64,000 nucleotides of DNA from an uncultured bacterium (GTDB lineage: Bacteria; Actinomycetota; Acidimicrobiia; Acidimicrobiales; VFJN01). Both the position numbers and the translations under genes were made by a program. Shown here piece after piece: positions 28,824 to 38,933 of the stretch (positions within the stretch are counted from its first letter, which is position 1; each line of letters starts with the position of its first letter). Under the pieces are notes generated by a model. The model saw only the letters and a program-made list of their open reading frames with translations, made no database searches and was not told the origin of the DNA. Location of the stretch: NCBI GenBank assembly GCA_963813485.1, contig CAWEZE010000011.1, forward strand, positions 15,698 to 79,697. The letters are read 5' to 3'.

Positions 28824-30633
28824 CTACCAGCTGCCGCCGCCGCCCCCTCCTGCACCGCCGCCGACCCCGCCGCCGCCGAAGCCCCCGCCGATGCCCCCGC
28901 CGCCGCTCGACGAGGGCGCGGTGGCCGCCGAAGTGGTGGACGCCAGCAGCAGCGGGGCCATGTAGGCGTAGGACAGGCCGGCGGTCTCGGGCGCGATCGA
29001 GGCCGCCGAGACGGCCCGCTGCCAGCGGTCGATCTCGCCCAGGGCCACCGCCCAGGCGGTGTACTCCCGCAGCACCCCGCGCTTGGCCGCCTCCTCGGCG
29101 TGGTACGCCTCCGACCCCGCCAGGAACCGGCGGAACGACTCGACCCGCAGCCAGGCCGCCGAGCCCGCCGGCGTGCGGACCCGCAGCTCCCAGGCCCGCA
29201 GCGCCGCCGCCAGCCCGGCGCCCGCCACGGCCCCGCCCGCCGCGGCCAGGACGAGCCAGGCCGGCCCCCTTTGGTTCGCCAGCCAGCCGCCGGCGGCCGC
29301 ACCCAGCGTCCCCACCACCACGCCGATGATGCCCAGCACCCGGGCCGTCACCTTGCGGGCGCCGCCGCCGGGATCCCACATCCCGCTGGTGTCGCGCCAG
29401 GCCTGCAACTGTCCCTCGAGATGCTGCCAGGCTCGGGCGAAATCCGAGTCGTAGCCGCCCAGATCGACCTCGTCACGGCCGGCAAAGGCGGTGTCGAGGA
29501 TGGCGGCGGCATCGGGGGTGCCCTGCCCGGTACGGACCAGGCGGAGATCGTCGCCGCCGGTCCATGGTGTCCAGGCACCGCCCGCACCGCCGGGGTCGGC
29601 TCCGTTGGCGCCGATGTCGATGGTGCCGTCGATCGCCATCTGGATCAGCCAGGCCACCTTGTGCTCGGGCCGCACCTCCTCGGTCAGCACGATGCCACCG
29701 TGGGGCGGGTCGAGTTCGCCCGGCGGCGCGAACTCGGTGGTGGCCATGGCCGCGAGCTCCTCCTGGTCGACGCGCGTCCAGCTCGTCGACGCGTCGGGAC
29801 CCGCCCACGCGGCGTCGGCCGGCCCTCCCGCGCCGACCCGCTCGCGTCCTGCCGCGCCGTACCAGCCAGGCCGTCGATCCCGCCGCCAGCAGCGCCCCGG
29901 CCGCGGCGGTGCCCGCGGGCGGCGCGAGCCCGGTCCCGGGGTCGTCGGGCGGTGTGGCCGGCGGCTCGGGTGGCGCCGGCGGCGTCGCCAGGTCGCTGCT
30001 GGTCCGCGCTTCGATCGATACGCCCTCGCCTGGGTCGAGGTCATCCACCGTGGTGACCAGGTGACCGGGAGCGACTTCCCGGACCTCGCAGCCGCCCTGG
30101 GAGCCGGTGACGCCCGTCGAGCAGGTGGCGTCGAGCAGCTCGAACGGGGCGACCACGTGGATCTCGGCCTCCTCGATGGGGACCTCCCAGCTGACCCCGA
30201 CCGCCTCCCAGTCGAGCGTCGTGCTCCGGACCACGCCGGGCAGCGGGTAGTCGATGCGGTAGCGGTGGCGGCCCGAGACGGTGACGTTGGGGTCGCCGAT
30301 CCGGATCCTTGCGCCCTCACGGCCCTCGATTGCCTCGGGCGTCACCTGGATGGCGTCGGGGGCGTCGGGCGAGTCGACGGTGATGGGTGCCTGCGGTGAG
30401 AGGTCCGGCACGTCGCGGAAGATGCCGTGCTTCTCACTGAGGGCGCCGAAGTCATAGTCGATCACCTCGGTGATCTGGGCCGATCCGTCGTCTGCCAGTT
30501 CCGCGGACGTCCACAGGCGTTCGACCCGCTCGGTGTCGCCGGCGACGGCGCCGACCAGCGCCACCGCCCCGACGACCAGGCTGCCGCCGGCCATGAGCGC
30601 CAAATCGAGCCTTCGGCGGCTGCTCGTCCGCAT
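28824..30633 (-). pseudogene. DUF2207-like membrane protein, single frameshift
   Basis: ORF 29473..30633 gives the N-terminal extracytoplasmic part (ITEVIDYDFG...HGIFRDVP...YRIDYPLPGVV). ORF 28824..30320 gives the rest (HGGIVLTEEVRPEHKVAWLIQMAIDG..., TM helices, Gly-rich end GGGGIGGGFGGGGVGGGAGGGGGGSW). The frames join near 29850. Confidence 0.7.
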
Positions 30634-30690
30634 GGCGCTCGAAGGTAGCTCCCGCCCGCCGGCCGGATGACGGCGGCGGGCTCTGGGGAG

Positions 30691-31209
30691 TCAGTCCTCC
30701 GACGGGGTCCGCACCACCACGACCGGGCAGGGAGCGTGCTGCACGCATGCCATCGCCACCGAGCCGACCATCAGCCGGCTGAGACCCGTGCGCCCGTGGG
30801 AGCCGACCACCAGCAGGTCCGCCGATTCGGCCACCTCGACCAGCGTCAGCGCCGCGCCGCCGGGCAGGATCGTGCGCATGACCTCGGGAGGTCGGCTGTC
30901 CATCTCGGCCAGCGCGGCGTCGACGATCTCGTCCACCGACGCCCGCGCGACGGCGTCGATCTCGCCCTCATTCGCACGCAGGCGCAGGGTGGCGCCGAAG
31001 GGCAGCGCCGACATCGGCGGCGCCCAGGCGTGCACCACCTCCACGGTCGCCTGCCGCAGGACGCCCTCCTCCAGGGCCCAACGCAGCGCCGCGGCCGCCT
31101 GCCCGGAGTCGTCGATGCCCACGACGATGCGCCCGCGGACGGGCTCGGCGTCACCCTCGGGCATCGAGGGCGTCGCAGTGTCGGTGGTCGGGTCGGGGTC
31201 GAGCGCCAT
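30691..31209 (-). CDS. universal stress protein (UspA family)
   Basis: ORF 30691..31209 with RIVVGIDDSGQAAAALRWA and LLVVGSHGRTGLSRLMVGSVAMACVQHAPCPVVVV. Confidence 0.85.
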   Translation of the reverse strand: MALDPDPTTDTATPSMPEGDAEPVRGRIVVGIDDSGQAAAALRWALEEGVLRQATVEVVHAWAPPMSALPFGATLRLRANEGEIDAVARASVDEIVDAALAEMDSRPPEVMRTILPGGAALTLVEVAESADLLVVGSHGRTGLSRLMVGSVAMACVQHAPCPVVVVRTPSED

Positions 31210-31266
31210 CGCTACTTCCTAGCCTCGACAGGGCATCGGCGCCGCACCCTTGCTAGAACCAGCGAC

Positions 31267-32142
31267 ATGACGCCCCCGTCAGACATCGGGATCATCGACA
31301 CGATGATCGGCTTCCCGGCTCGGAACATGCGCAAGCAGTACGCGTTCATCACCCAGCAAACGCACGACAAGGAGTCGAAGGAAGACTTCGAGTTCCCGGT
31401 CGAGTACATGTTCAAGGACGTCCCCGACAAGAAGCTCGACAAGGATGCCGATCCCCTGGACGTCACCCTGCGGGAGATGGACCTCTGGGGCGTCGAGCGG
31501 GGCGTCATCGGCGTGAACGGCGAGATCGGGGAGCGGGCCGTACGCGACCACCCCGACCGGTTCATTCCCCAGCTCTCGGTCGACCCCAACGACGGCATGG
31601 ACGCCGTGCGGGCCATCGCCAAGGCGCACGATACCTGGGGGATCAGCTCGATCGGGGTGTTCCCCGCCGGCACGTTCCCGCAAGTGCCGATCAACGACAA
31701 GAAGATGTACCCGCTGTACGCCAAGTGCGTGGAGCTGGGCATCGCCGTGTTCTGCTGCGCCGGCATCCCCGGGCCCCGGCTGCGGTTCGCCTGCCAGCAC
31801 GTCGAGCTGATCGACGAGGTCTGCTACGACTTTCCCGAGCTGGTCTTCGTGACCCGGCACGGCTGCGAGCCCTGGGCCGACCTGGCCGTGAAGCTGATGC
31901 TCAAGTGGCCCAACCTCTACTACTCGACCAGCGCCTTCGCGCCGAAGTACTACCCCAAGGCCATCATCGACTACGCCAACACCCGCGGCGCCGACAAGAT
32001 CATCTACGCCGGCTACTTCCCGATGGGTCTGTCGCTCGAGCGCATCATGGGCGAGCTGCCCGGGGTGCAGTTCAAGGACGAGGTGTGGCCCAAGTTCCTG
32101 CGGCACAACGCGGAGAAGGTGCTGGGGCTGTCCACGGTCTGA
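31267..32142 (+). CDS. amidohydrolase-family (TIM-barrel metal-dependent hydrolase) protein
   Basis: ORF 30667..32142 trimmed to ATG 31267 (MTPPSDIGIIDTMIGFP...). The upstream part is antisense to the USP gene. 291 aa; the family call is by overall resemblance only. Confidence 0.7.
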   Translation: MTPPSDIGIIDTMIGFPARNMRKQYAFITQQTHDKESKEDFEFPVEYMFKDVPDKKLDKDADPLDVTLREMDLWGVERGVIGVNGEIGERAVRDHPDRFIPQLSVDPNDGMDAVRAIAKAHDTWGISSIGVFPAGTFPQVPINDKKMYPLYAKCVELGIAVFCCAGIPGPRLRFACQHVELIDEVCYDFPELVFVTRHGCEPWADLAVKLMLKWPNLYYSTSAFAPKYYPKAIIDYANTRGADKIIYAGYFPMGLSLERIMGELPGVQFKDEVWPKFLRHNAEKVLGLSTV

Positions 32143-32370
32143 GCTGCGCTTCGCTCATGCCGGGTCGAGCCGCATTACGGGGATTCGCACTCGTGGTCGT
32201 GCTGGGGGTGCCGGACGCCTAGTGGCCCATGGCGATCCTGCGGCAATCCGTTCCCAGTTGGGTCTCGACGGGATCGGGATCGCCGCCGCGGCCCGCGATG
32301 GGCTCCGGCGCGTCGGCCATCGGGCGGGGTTTGGTGACCTGAGCAGCGCGTCCGCCATGCTCTAGGGCCG

Positions 32371-32610
32371 ATGGACAAACGACTGGTGGTGCGCTGGGCA
32401 GCTCTGGGGTCGGCGGTGGTGGCGGTTCTGGCACTCTCCGCCTGCGGAGACGACGACGAGGGCCCGATCCCCCAGACCGGCATCCGTGAGACGACGACCA
32501 CCGGGGCCTCGACGCCGACCACCACGGCTCCGGAGTCCACGACCACGACGGCCGCGACCTCCACCACGACGGCGTCGACGTCCACCACGACGACTGCCCC
32601 GGCTGCCTGA
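32371..32610 (+). CDS. small putative lipoprotein with a Thr-rich tail
   Basis: ORF 32371..32610: MDKRLVVRWAALGSAVVAVLALSAC (lipobox LSAC), then a T/S/A/P-rich low-complexity tail. No family assignment. Confidence 0.45.
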   Translation: MDKRLVVRWAALGSAVVAVLALSACGDDDEGPIPQTGIRETTTTGASTPTTTAPESTTTTAATSTTTASTSTTTTAPAA

Positions 32611-32777
32611 CCTGCCGCGCACCGGCGAACGGATCCGCCGGCGAAGCCGATAAGGTTGACGGATCACTCGCCGGCGCCGCCGGCAGCAGTCGGCGCTGAA
32701 ACGCCGATGGGGCCATTCGAGACATCAGTTCGAGTTGGCCTACCCCACCTAGCGGTCGCGGACTGATCATCTGGTCC

Positions 32778-34326
32778 GTGGCAAGCGTTGCTGTGCTTCC
32801 CGCTCTTGGCGCCTACGGCGCCGGGCCGCTCGGGCCACGGCTGCGCTGTTCGCGCAGCGTCAGTTCGATCGGAGTCCCGTTGTCCCTCAATTTCGCCGAC
32901 CTCGGCGTGCCCGCGCCCCTGTGCGCCACCTTGGCCCGCCACGGCATCGCCGAGCCGTTCCCCATCCAGGCCGCCTCGCTGCCCGACGCCCTCGCCGGCC
33001 GCGACGTCGCGGGCAAGGCCCCGACCGGATCGGGCAAGACGCTCGCCTTCGGCCTCACCATCGCCGCCCGCGTCGCGAGGCTGCCGGCGCCGCAGCCACG
33101 ACGCCCCTGGGCCCTCGTGCTGGTGCCCACACGTGAGCTGGCCGCCCAGGTGCAACGCGATCTGGAAGGCGTGATCGACCAGCACCACTCCGGCCCGGTC
33201 GCAGCCATCTACGGCGGGGTCGGCTACGGGCCGCAGCGCAAGCTGCTGGCGCGCGGCGTCAGCGCGGTCGTCGCCTGCCCGGGACGACTCGAGGACCTGG
33301 TGGCCAGCGGTGACGTCCGCCTCGACGGGGTCGAGCTGGTGGTGGTCGACGAAGCCGATCGCATGGCCGACATGGGATTTCTGCCGGCGGTACGTCGGCT
33401 GCTCGACCTCACGCCCGCTCAGCCGCCAGACCCTGCTCTTCTCGGCAACGCTCGATCGCGACGTCGACGCCCTGGTCAGCCGCTATCAGCGTGATCCCGT
33501 GCAGCACGTGGCGGGCGACACCACCGGCGACGGTGCCGAGGTTACGCACCTGTTCTGGACCGTCGACCAGCCTGGGCGGGTGGCGCTGACAGCCGACATC
33601 GTCGGCCGCACAGGGCCCACCATCGTGTTCTGTCGCACCCGCCATGGCGTCGACCGCGTCGCCCGCCAGCTCCGGCAGGCCGGGGTCAAGGCGGAGGCCA
33701 TACACGGTCGGCGCACCCAGTCGGAGCGTCACCACGCGCTGCGCTCGTTCTCCAGCGGCAAGTCCCCGGCGCTGGTGGCGACCGACGTCGCCGCCCGCGG
33801 CATCCACGTCGACGGTGTGGCGTGCGTGGTCCACTTCGACCCCGCGGGCGACGCCAAGGACTACGTCCACCGCTCGGGGCGAACGGGTCGCGCCGGGGCC
33901 GCCGGCGTGGTCGTCTCGCTCGTGACGCCCGGCACCCGCCAGGCCGTCCGCAGCTTGCAGCGGGATCTGGAACGCACGGAGCCGATCGAGGCGCCCGAAC
34001 CCGACCGTCTCGTCAGGTGGGGCCGGCGCGCCGCGGTGCCGGCGGCCGCACCGGGTTCACCGGAACGTTCGCCCGCGCCTCGCCGTCATGCCCGAGATCG
34101 CCGCGTGGCGGCCCGGCGGGACGACCGGCGGTTGACCGGGACCGTGAAGTCGTTCCATCCCTCCCGGGGCTACGGGTTCATCGTCAGGCGAGGGGCAGCC
34201 GACGTGTTCGTCCATGTCTCCAGCCTGGGCGGTCGACACCGGACGCTCGAAGCCGGCCAGCGGGTCCGGTTCGAGGTGGCACCCGGTCGGCGTGGTCAGC
34301 AGGCAGTCAACGTCCAGCCCGTCTGA
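32778..34326 (+). pseudogene. DEAD-box RNA helicase with a C-terminal cold-shock domain, single frameshift
   Basis: ORF 32778..33494: FPIQAASLP, AGKAPTGSGKTLAF, PTRELA, VVDEADRM. ORF 33310..34326: RQTLLFSATLD, VFCRTRHG, VATDVAARGIHV, HRSGRTGRAG, then GTVKSFHPSRGYGFIV...DVFVHVS (CSD, ~34117-34320). An extra C near 33422-33427 separates the frames. Confidence 0.8.
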
Positions 34327-34371
34327 CGAACGCGCCGCCGGCGCTGGCCGTAGTCGCAAAGTTCGCCCGAG

Positions 34372-34400
34372 CACACGCGGTCGATACGACATAGCGTGTG
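34372..34400. terminator. hairpin downstream of the helicase gene
   Basis: CACACGC (34372-34378) and GCGTGTG (34394-34400) with a 15-nt loop. No U-tract. Confidence 0.25.
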
Positions 34401-34449
34401 GGCACCTGGCCGGCGCTCTCCCCAGCGTCGCCATAGGGAGGGAGATTCG

Positions 34450-35232
34450 ATGGTGGACGACGATCCCGTCCTGCTCGAGGTGAAAGGCGGCGTGGCCGTC
34501 ATCAGCCTGAACAGGCCCGATCAGCACAACATGGTCGGCGATGCCGCCGACGCGCTGTTCTTCCGGTACCTGGACCTGCTCCGCAACGACCGCGACGTGC
34601 GGGTGGTGGTGTGGCGCGGCAACGGTCCCTCGTTCTCGTCGGGGCGCGACCTCGGCGAGCTGCACGACCACCCCGGTGCCACCGACCTCGAGTTCATCGA
34701 GCGCAACCAGTGGCAGACCCGGCTGCTGTACGACTTCCCGGTGCCGATCATCTGCGCGCTCAAGGGCTGGGTCCTCGGCATCCAGCTGGAACGGGCGCTG
34801 CTGTGCGACATGCGGGTGGCCGGCGAGAGCGCGGCGTTGGCCCTGCCGGCGGTCGACCATGGCGTGATCCCGGACTCGGCCGGCGTGGCCAAGCTCTTCG
34901 AGATCGGTGGAACGGCGCTGGCGCTCGACCTGGCGCTGACGGGCCGGCGGGTAGGGGCCGACGAGGCCCTCCAGCTCGGGTTGGTGATGCAGGTGGTGCC
35001 CGACGAAGAGCTCGACGAGGTCGTGCTGGGGCTGGCGGAGTCGATCGCCGAGCGCCCGCCGTTGGCGGTGCGGCTGGTCCGGGAGCAGGTGCAGGCGCTG
35101 GCGTCGTCGGACGTGCGGGCGACGCTGCAGCGGGAGCTCATGGGCCAGGCGATGGTGCTGGGGTCGCACGACTACCGGGAGCACTTGCAGGCACGCGCCG
35201 AGGACCGCGAGCCCCGCTACGAACGCCGCTAG
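34450..35232 (+). CDS. enoyl-CoA hydratase/isomerase family protein
   Basis: ORF 34396..35232 trimmed to ATG 34450 (GGGAGGGAGA upstream). VAVISLNRPDQHN, FSSGRDL, ICALKGWVLGIQLERALLCDMRVA. Confidence 0.85.
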   Translation: MVDDDPVLLEVKGGVAVISLNRPDQHNMVGDAADALFFRYLDLLRNDRDVRVVVWRGNGPSFSSGRDLGELHDHPGATDLEFIERNQWQTRLLYDFPVPIICALKGWVLGIQLERALLCDMRVAGESAALALPAVDHGVIPDSAGVAKLFEIGGTALALDLALTGRRVGADEALQLGLVMQVVPDEELDEVVLGLAESIAERPPLAVRLVREQVQALASSDVRATLQRELMGQAMVLGSHDYREHLQARAEDREPRYERR

Positions 35233-35290
35233 CCGGCGGGGGGCCCGTCAGGTGCTCGTTCCCTGACCCTCTGCGAGGTAGGTTCCCGGC

Positions 35291-35572
35291 GTGGCCTACG
35301 AGCCGGAGAGCAGCGACGTTCCGCTGGGTGAGTCATCGGACGGGCCCGACCTACGGCTGATCACACGACTGTTGGTGGCCGCCGCGGTGGTGGTCCTCGC
35401 CATCCTGTTCGTCGCGCAGAACAGCGACCGCGTCGAGACGAGCTTCGTGTTCTTCGACGTCACGACCCGCCTGTGGGTCGGGCTGCTGGTGGCGCTCGTC
35501 CTCGGGGCGTTGCTGGGGCAGGCGGCCGAGGTGCTGTGGGAGCGCCGCAAGAAGAGGAGGGCGAGGTCGTAG
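35291..35572 (+). CDS. small membrane protein, LapA/DUF1049-like
   Basis: ORF 35291..35572 has two hydrophobic helices flanking NSDRVETSFVFFDVTT and a basic tail. Weak family resemblance. Confidence 0.5.
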   Translation: MAYEPESSDVPLGESSDGPDLRLITRLLVAAAVVVLAILFVAQNSDRVETSFVFFDVTTRLWVGLLVALVLGALLGQAAEVLWERRKKRRARS

Positions 35573-35612
35573 CGGACCTTCGCCGCCGCTAGCACGCCTA
35601 CTCTGACCACGG

Positions 35613-36401
35613 ATGGCACTGCTGGACGGGAAGGTGGCGCTCGTCTCGGGCGCCGGGCCGGGGCTCGGCCGCGACATCGCGCTGGCCTGCGGCCGCCAGG
35701 GTGCGACGGTCGTGGTGGGGGCCCGCACCGAGGCCAGCGTCGAGGCCATCGCCGCCGAGATCGAGGGGCTGGGCGCCAAGGCACTGGCGCTGCGGCTCGA
35801 CGTCTGCGACGCCGACTCGTGCCGGAGCGCGGTGGGGCGGGTGGTGGAGGCCTTCGGCCGCCTCGACGTGCTGGTCAACAACGCTTTCCACGCCGGTGAC
35901 CGGACGCGCTTCGCCGACGCCGACCTCGACGACTGGCGCCGGACCATGGACGTCAACCTGTTCGGCACCCTGCAGCTCACCCAGGCCTGCGTCGGCCCGA
36001 TGGCCGATCAGGGCGACGGGCGTGTCGTGATGGTCAACTCGATGTCCGCCGTGCGGATGCGCCCCCGGTTCGGGGCCTACACGGCGTCGAAGGCGGCGCT
36101 GGCGGCGGCCACCAAGATCCTGGCGGTCGAGCTGGGGGCGCAGGGGATCCGGGTCAACGGCGTCCATCCCGGCTACATCTGGGGCGAGAGCGTGGCCATG
36201 TACTTCGAGCACCTGGCGCGGCAGAAGGGGATCACGCCGGACGAGCAGTACGCCGAGGTGGCGTCGGAGACGGCCCTCGGCTACCTGCCGCCCTCGAGCG
36301 AGATCGCCGAGGCCGTCGTGTTCTTCGCGTCCGACATGTCCAAGCCCATCACCGGGCAGGCGCTGGGCGTCAACGCCGGCCACTGGCTCCAGGGCTTCTA
36401 G
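35613..36401 (+). CDS. SDR-family oxidoreductase
   Basis: ORF 35613..36401 with GKVALVSGAGPGLGRD, NNAF, and the YTASKAAL catalytic motif. Confidence 0.85.
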   Translation: MALLDGKVALVSGAGPGLGRDIALACGRQGATVVVGARTEASVEAIAAEIEGLGAKALALRLDVCDADSCRSAVGRVVEAFGRLDVLVNNAFHAGDRTRFADADLDDWRRTMDVNLFGTLQLTQACVGPMADQGDGRVVMVNSMSAVRMRPRFGAYTASKAALAAATKILAVELGAQGIRVNGVHPGYIWGESVAMYFEHLARQKGITPDEQYAEVASETALGYLPPSSEIAEAVVFFASDMSKPITGQALGVNAGHWLQGF

Positions 36402-36418
36402 GGGTCGGGGGCCGCGCA

Positions 36419-37213
36419 GTGGCCGGACCGTTCGACGGGCATGCGGCGGTGGTCACCGGGGGTGCCCATGGCATCGGGCGCGCCGTGGCGCGCCGGCTGG
36501 CGGGGGATGGGGCCCGGGTGGCCGTCGTCGACGTCGACGACGCGGCCGGTGGCGAGGTCGCCAGCCAGCTCGGTCAGGGCCACCTCGCGCTCGGTGCCGA
36601 CGTCGCCGATTCCGACGCGTTGGCGGCGGCCGTCGAGCGGGCGGCGTCGGCCTTCGGCGGGCTCACGATCCTCGTGAACAACGCCGGGTTCGGGTCGACG
36701 AAGCCGCTGGCCCGGTTCACCGACGCCGAGTTCGCCCGCCTGGTGGCGGTCAACCTCACGGGTGTCTGGCACGGGATCCGGGCGGCGGCGCCCCACCTGC
36801 GGGCCTCCGGCCGCGGGTCGGTGGTCAACGTCGCCGGCACGGTGGCCAGCCGCCCGACCCGGGGCGAGGGGCCCTACGCGGCGGCCAAGGCGGGGGTCGT
36901 GGCGCTCACCCGCACCGCGGCGCTCGAGCTCGCCCCCGAGGTGCGCGTCAACAGCGTGTCGCCCGGGTACGTCGCCACCCGTATGACGCAGGCCGTGCTC
37001 GACGACGAGGACCGCCGGCGCCGCATCGAGGGCCGGATCCCGCTGGGGCGCGTCGGCGCCGCCGCGGAGGTGGCGGGGGCCGTGGCATTCCTGTGCTCCC
37101 CCGACGCCGGCTTCGTCACCGGGCACGACCTGATCGTCGACGGCGGCAGCGGCCTGCCCAGCCACCAGTCCGACGAGATGCTCAGGGCCCTGCTCGCCCG
37201 CTGGGACCGGTGA
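36419..37213 (+). CDS. SDR-family oxidoreductase
   Basis: ORF 36419..37213 with AAVVTGGAHGIGRA, NNAG, YAAAKAGV, GHDLIVDGG. Confidence 0.85.
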   Translation: MAGPFDGHAAVVTGGAHGIGRAVARRLAGDGARVAVVDVDDAAGGEVASQLGQGHLALGADVADSDALAAAVERAASAFGGLTILVNNAGFGSTKPLARFTDAEFARLVAVNLTGVWHGIRAAAPHLRASGRGSVVNVAGTVASRPTRGEGPYAAAKAGVVALTRTAALELAPEVRVNSVSPGYVATRMTQAVLDDEDRRRRIEGRIPLGRVGAAAEVAGAVAFLCSPDAGFVTGHDLIVDGGSGLPSHQSDEMLRALLARWDR

Positions 37214-37256
37214 ACGCCGGTTCCGCGCCGCGCTCGGGCGTGCCAGGCTCGGGGCC

Positions 37257-37613
37257 ATGGAGCTGTGGCACAACCCCCGCTGTTCGAAGAGCCGCTCGGC
37301 CAAGGCGATCCTCGACGACCGCGGCGTCGCCTACGCGGAGCGCCGCTACGTCGACGACCCGCCCAGCGCCGAGGAGCTCGACGCGGTCCTCGTGGCGCTC
37401 GGTCGCGAGCCGTGGGACATCGCCCGCATGGGCGAGCCGGTGGCCAAGGACCTCGGCCTGCGCGACTGGCCGCACGACCGCCGCCGCTGGATCGAGGCCA
37501 TGGTGGCCAACCCGATCCTGATCGAGCGGCCCATCCTGGTGGCCGAGGACGGCCGAGCGGTGTTGGGCCGGCCGCCCGAGGCCGTCGAGGACCTGCTGTC
37601 CGCGAGGCAATAG
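37257..37613 (+). CDS. ArsC/Spx-family protein (glutaredoxin-type arsenate reductase-like)
   Basis: ORF 37257..37613: MELWHNPRCSKSRSAKAIL...NPILIERPIL. Confidence 0.8.
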   Translation: MELWHNPRCSKSRSAKAILDDRGVAYAERRYVDDPPSAEELDAVLVALGREPWDIARMGEPVAKDLGLRDWPHDRRRWIEAMVANPILIERPILVAEDGRAVLGRPPEAVEDLLSARQ

Positions 37614-37711
37614 GGTCCGCGCAAGCCCCACCGGGAGGGTCATCCTGCCGGCGCCGCATCTGGCAGACTGCCCGCCCGCTCGACAGCTCGACAGCTCGAG
37701 GGGGACATCAA

Positions 37712-38902
37712 ATGGCGCGACGACGAGGACTCCTCCGTCCTGCGGGCATAGCCCTGGCGGGCCTGATGGTGCTGGCGGGCTGCTCGCCGCTGGTGGTGGA
37801 CGTGCGTGTCCTGGCGAGCGACGCCATGGGTGGGCGCGACAACCAGACGGAGGGCTCAGCCCGTGCGCGGCGCTACCTCATCGACCGCCTCGATGACTTC
37901 GCCGTCGGGCTGAACCCATCTGCCCCGGGCACCGACGCCTTCACGCAGGCGTTCGCGGGCGGGACCAATGTCGTGGCGCTGATCCCCGGCGACGAGCTGC
38001 CCGACGAGTACGTGATCATCGGCGCGCACTACGACCACCTCGGCACCGGCTGTGACAGCGCCGATCCCGCCGACACGATTTGCAACGGCGCGACCGACAA
38101 CGCCACCGGCGTGGCGGCGGTTCTCTCGATCGGCGAGCAGCTCGCCCGCGAGCGGCACGGACCCAGCCGGTCGGTGATCCTCGCCTTGTGGGACCGCGAG
38201 GAAGACGGCCTGCTGGGCGCGCGCGCCTGGGTCGCCGACCCGCTCGTGCCCCTGTCGCAGACCGTCGCCTACGTCAACTACGACATCCAAGGGGCCAACA
38301 TCCTGCCCAGCCTGCGCACCACCACCTTCGCCATCGGCGCCGAGACCGGCGGCGAACGGCTCACGGCGGCGGTCGGGCGGGCCACCCGGCCCGGACCCCT
38401 CGACACGCACCAGTTGAGCTGGATCTTCGGCCAGGGTCGGAGCGACTACCTGCCGTTCATCCAGGCGGGGGTGCCGACCGTCTTCTTCTCGGACTCGACC
38501 GGGCCCTGCTACCACACGGCTCAGGACGAGGCCGACATCGTCGACTACCGCAAGCTCCACCAGCAGGTCCGCGACGGCGTCCGGCTGGCGCGTGAGCTCG
38601 CCGGCGGCGACACGGCGCCGGCCTTCGTCCCCGCCACACCCCCGGCGACCTACGACGATGCCGTCGCCCTGCGGGAGGTGGCGGACCGGGCGCTACGGGA
38701 CCTCGGCCGCTTCGATGCGAGCCAGCAGGCGGCCCTACTGGCGTTCGACGCCGCCCTCGCCGACATCGTGGCCGCCGGGCCCGACGCGTTCGGCCCCGAC
38801 GACGTCGGCACCGTGCTCTCCGGCGCCGCCAACGCCGTCGACATCTTCACTTCGGGTGACTGCGACGGATTCACACACCCCGGAGGGCCGCGCCGGCCGT
38901 GA
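37712..38902 (+). CDS. M28-family metallopeptidase, lipoprotein
   Basis: ORF 37265..38902 trimmed to ATG 37712 (GAGGGGGA upstream). Lipobox LMVLAGC. Motifs IGAHYDHLG, NGATDNATGVAAVL, WDREEDGLLG. Confidence 0.8.
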   Translation: MARRRGLLRPAGIALAGLMVLAGCSPLVVDVRVLASDAMGGRDNQTEGSARARRYLIDRLDDFAVGLNPSAPGTDAFTQAFAGGTNVVALIPGDELPDEYVIIGAHYDHLGTGCDSADPADTICNGATDNATGVAAVLSIGEQLARERHGPSRSVILALWDREEDGLLGARAWVADPLVPLSQTVAYVNYDIQGANILPSLRTTTFAIGAETGGERLTAAVGRATRPGPLDTHQLSWIFGQGRSDYLPFIQAGVPTVFFSDSTGPCYHTAQDEADIVDYRKLHQQVRDGVRLARELAGGDTAPAFVPATPPATYDDAVALREVADRALRDLGRFDASQQAALLAFDAALADIVAAGPDAFGPDDVGTVLSGAANAVDIFTSGDCDGFTHPGGPRRP

Positions 38903-38933
38903 CCCAGCGTCGCCCACCTGCCACGCTGGTCGG

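Noticed and set aside
26078-29302. 1074-aa reverse-strand ORF
   Set aside because: It is antisense to the well-supported permease gene at 26138..28678. The translation is low-complexity (R/G/P/A/H-rich) with no recognisable motifs.
32155-32358. Small reverse-strand ORFs between the amidohydrolase and the lipoprotein gene (for example MADAPEPIAGRGGDPDPVETQLGTDCRRIAMGH) as a possible RiPP-like precursor
   Set aside because: There is no RBS, no adjacent maturation enzymes, and no recognisable leader or core pattern.
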